The notes beneath the pieces are model-generated. The model saw nothing but the letters and a program-made list of their open reading frames with translations. It was not told the DNA's origin and ran no database searches. This document shows, piece by piece, positions 61,381 through 64,000 of a stretch of DNA of 64,000 nucleotides (positions are counted from its first letter, which is position 1; the number at the start of each line of letters is the position of its first letter). The stretch comes from a candidate division WOR-3 bacterium (GTDB lineage: Bacteria; Hydrothermota; Tepidihabitantia; Tepidihabitantales; Tepidihabitantaceae), in the NCBI GenBank assembly GCA_013177935.1, contig JABLXZ010000001.1, positions 386,191 through 450,190 of the forward strand, in the 5' to 3' direction. The position numbers and the translations under genes are program-made.

Positions 61381-63567
61381 TCAGAGCTTGATACGCCGGA
61401 CAATCTGATAGAACCGATTGTTGTCTCGTGACAACTCAACAAAATCCTCGGTCGGGTTAACATCCACCCAGAACAGAGCTTCACCCTCAAAACTTATCGA
61501 ATCTGAAGGAATTTCAAAGGTCAAAATCCTCAACTGTTGGGGAGTTAGATTCAACTGTAGTGCACCCACCAGAGTATCGGTAAGCAGGATACCATTCAGA
61601 TAAAACCTGATACGACAACCAGGTTCGCCCGAATAACTACGATTACCTATATTACGCAGCCACAACTTTACCATCAACCGCTCACCCAATCTGATTGAAC
61701 CCGGGGAAATCTGAACGCTCTCTATCGCCAAATCGGGCCTGCAGCTCGCTGACCGCTCATAGATAAAAACGGGCTGCACTCCAACATTCAACCTCAACAT
61801 GCCATCGGCATCCGCTTCAACCATCTTTACCGCCGGATTGTCATCATAAGCAAGGTGTATTACCTCAAGCGTATCACAGCCCACCGGCAGTGTTATCAGA
61901 ACTGTGTTAACTGTATCCTTATCGGTAAATTGATTACGCCAGACAACCCAGACCCGTTTGCCGGTTAAAGGCTGCTCAAACTCATAAATCCGCACCGAAT
62001 CGTCCCGGGCATCACCTGAAATCACCCTGCCATTACACCGTTTGCCTCTTAGAATGCGAAATGTTTGAGCAAGAGCATAGTAACCTGGTTTGGGTTGAAA
62101 GCGCGCATTGAGCAAACCGTAACTACCCTCAACCAAATTACCCCGCGTCAGAAATGAGTAAAAGCAGATTCGGTCATAGCCACCACCCGGCAACGACTGG
62201 CTACCACATGTCGCCACAAACGCTTTAGCCAAGCGGTTTGCCTGCTCTCTTTCCCGGTACTTACCGTTTGGTCCAAAAGAAGGGAAGCCGATTTCGGTTA
62301 TCCACAGTTCACTGTAATCACCGTTTGCGTGCATCACCGTCCGCAAACTCTCGACCTGCATCTCAAAGAGATTGGCATCAAAACCCCAATCCTGATAAGG
62401 ATGGAACGACACCCCACTCCACAACTTTTTCGGTACCAGGCGATAGCAGTAACTGAGCATCTCTTCGGGTGCAATTCTCGTAAAAATGGACGGTTGCGTT
62501 GCCACCAGTGAGCCAATCAGCACCTTAGCCTGACCCTGGCTTATTGAATCGATTACCGTGGCTGCGACCTCAACCAATCGCGCATAAAGTGAACACAACC
62601 CCTGCCGGTTATCAGCAATATCGTAATGAAACTGCGGCGGTTTCCAGAACCTTGCTGTATCGTTTGGTTCATTCCATACTTCATAAACATCAATCAGTTT
62701 TAGCGTATTGTAGTAATGTCGCACAACACCCTCAACATACCTTGCCCAGTAATTTGAAGGGTGCCACACATCTAAAAACAGGTTCCGGGGTGGACTGAAC
62801 TCCGGAGCGTCAAACCGGGTACCTGCCCAAGTTGCACTGTAATCAAGAATCCCGATTACCTTACACCCCATTTTTCGGATCGAAAAGAAAACCGCGGGGT
62901 CTAATCGGGTAAAGTCAAAATCGGCACTGGAGTCAGGCCAGACCCAATTCCAGACGAGGTCAATTCGGTCCAGGTAAACACCCGCATTCTGTACCAGTTG
63001 GGGAACATTCCGTTTGCGGGCAGCAGTTGTGTCGTATGCCGCAATCTCCGCCCCCCAAAAACCACTGTCAATGGTCTTCATCACCCCGTACACCCTCATA
63101 CACAAATCCGCTGAATCCGAAGCAAAACCGCTCAACAACCTGCCGTATTGATAAGGGTTGCGTTGGTCGTAGTAAAACCGAATTGAGTCTGGTTCGGCAC
63201 CGGTGAACCTGAACTCGTAATGCTTACCCCGCGTGAAAGAATATCGCCCGCTCCATTTTTCAAAACGGACCCAATTTGAGTTTCGGTTCTGGACCGCGGT
63301 ACCCCACATCACCTTCTTTTCGCCATCCCAGACCTCGAGCCGAACCCTTCTACCTGCGCTCCTGGCAACCGCAAACAACTCAACATACACCAGACTGTCA
63401 AAGTTACAGGTAATTGTCTGGGAAACATAACCGTTAGTACCACTGCCCTTTATCCAGCCTGACCAATCAGCACGCACCGGCATCACCTCATACGACTTTA
63501 CCATACCAGACAATTGAGTGCAGAACCCAACCATTAACGCCAATACAGTTCCCCAGCTCCGTGTCAT
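61381..63567 (-). CDS. Secreted clan GH-A glycoside hydrolase (GH39-like) with C-terminal CARDB domain
   Basis: YEVWNEPN (acid/base), SFHPY, LWITEIG (nucleophile), YGLL...PKP.Y; PDL.I...N.G...E....NN. Confidence 0.8.
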   Translation of the reverse strand: MTRSWGTVLALMVGFCTQLSGMVKSYEVMPVRADWSGWIKGSGTNGYVSQTITCNFDSLVYVELFAVARSAGRRVRLEVWDGEKKVMWGTAVQNRNSNWVRFEKWSGRYSFTRGKHYEFRFTGAEPDSIRFYYDQRNPYQYGRLLSGFASDSADLCMRVYGVMKTIDSGFWGAEIAAYDTTAARKRNVPQLVQNAGVYLDRIDLVWNWVWPDSSADFDFTRLDPAVFFSIRKMGCKVIGILDYSATWAGTRFDAPEFSPPRNLFLDVWHPSNYWARYVEGVVRHYYNTLKLIDVYEVWNEPNDTARFWKPPQFHYDIADNRQGLCSLYARLVEVAATVIDSISQGQAKVLIGSLVATQPSIFTRIAPEEMLSYCYRLVPKKLWSGVSFHPYQDWGFDANLFEMQVESLRTVMHANGDYSELWITEIGFPSFGPNGKYREREQANRLAKAFVATCGSQSLPGGGYDRICFYSFLTRGNLVEGSYGLLNARFQPKPGYYALAQTFRILRGKRCNGRVISGDARDDSVRIYEFEQPLTGKRVWVVWRNQFTDKDTVNTVLITLPVGCDTLEVIHLAYDDNPAVKMVEADADGMLRLNVGVQPVFIYERSASCRPDLAIESVQISPGSIRLGERLMVKLWLRNIGNRSYSGEPGCRIRFYLNGILLTDTLVGALQLNLTPQQLRILTFEIPSDSISFEGEALFWVDVNPTEDFVELSRDNNRFYQIVRRIKL

Positions 63568-63781
63568 TTCCTGTCCCCGCTATCCGACAGCACTACCTCG
63601 CTGCTGAAAAGTGCTAAATTACGAGCGGTCTCCACACCCCAATTGTAGAAACCAGAAATTCAGGGTCAAGGTGAACTAACCCTGCTCAATGGTTGCTGGT
63701 AATTGCACATATCCAACCCCAATTTTCTAACTGGCAAACTGTTTCCTCTGGAGATGAGAAAGAAACACAGTAAAGCAATGA

Positions 63782-63903
63782 GAACAGACCCCCTGCTTCT
63801 AATTATGGTATTAGCCCTGATACTACCCCAGGAACCGCAGCAAGGTATGCCCCGGGCTTGCCCGGTAAAACTCCCCAACCTATCTAAAACCGGTCAGTTG
63901 TGT
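63782..63903. repeat. Intergenic 12-bp-periodic element, copy C
   Basis: gaacagaccccc|tgcttctaatta|tggtattagccc|tgatactacccc|aggaaccgcagc|aaggtatgcccc|gggcttgcccgg|taaaactcccca, then CAAC-N17-GTTGTG. Confidence 0.55.
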
Positions 63904-64000
63904 GACAACCTAAAAATTCCGCCGTTAATTTTAACTCCAATTTGAATCATATTTAAATAACCAGAACTGGGCTTAAACCGGGCACCGCTCGTATAACCGC

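Noticed and set aside
63666..63945. ORFs 63703-63945(+) and 63666-63878(-)
   Set aside because: The 4-residue Pro periodicity just mirrors the 12-bp DNA repeat, related tracts elsewhere are non-coding, and there is no RBS.

Overview
A gene-dense bacterial chromosomal window from an anaerobic, peptide-fermenting diderm. The PorU/PorV pair, FlgD-like C-terminal sorting domains, iorAB, ADP-forming acyl-CoA ligase and archaeal-type PGI/PMI suggest an FCB-related lineage such as WOR-3; this is inference. It holds about 50 CDS: housekeeping (tig-clpP-clpX, tgt, purA, purQ, xseAB, ptsHI, mlaEFD), secreted peptidases, a seven-gene oxidative-stress operon and a solitary HerA. It also has tRNA-Ala(TGC) and tRNA-Leu(TAG). 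No prophage, IS or CRISPR array was seen. Most notable: (1) a stand-alone 119-aa gene (34659-35018) that aligns by eye with the SIRV2-type (Adnaviria) A-form-DNA-wrapping capsid protein, with no viral neighbours; (2) three dispersed ~100-bp intergenic elements with 12-bp periodicity, one directly upstream of that gene; (3) a ~650-700-nt highly base-paired minus-strand RNA (14506-15152) downstream of a sigma54-like promoter with IHF-like and enhancer-like sites; (4) about 15 sigma70-like promoters with a 16-bp spacer, several apparently leaderless; (5) a 55-aa ORF missing from the ORF track. All assignments are by eye from motifs; no searches were run.
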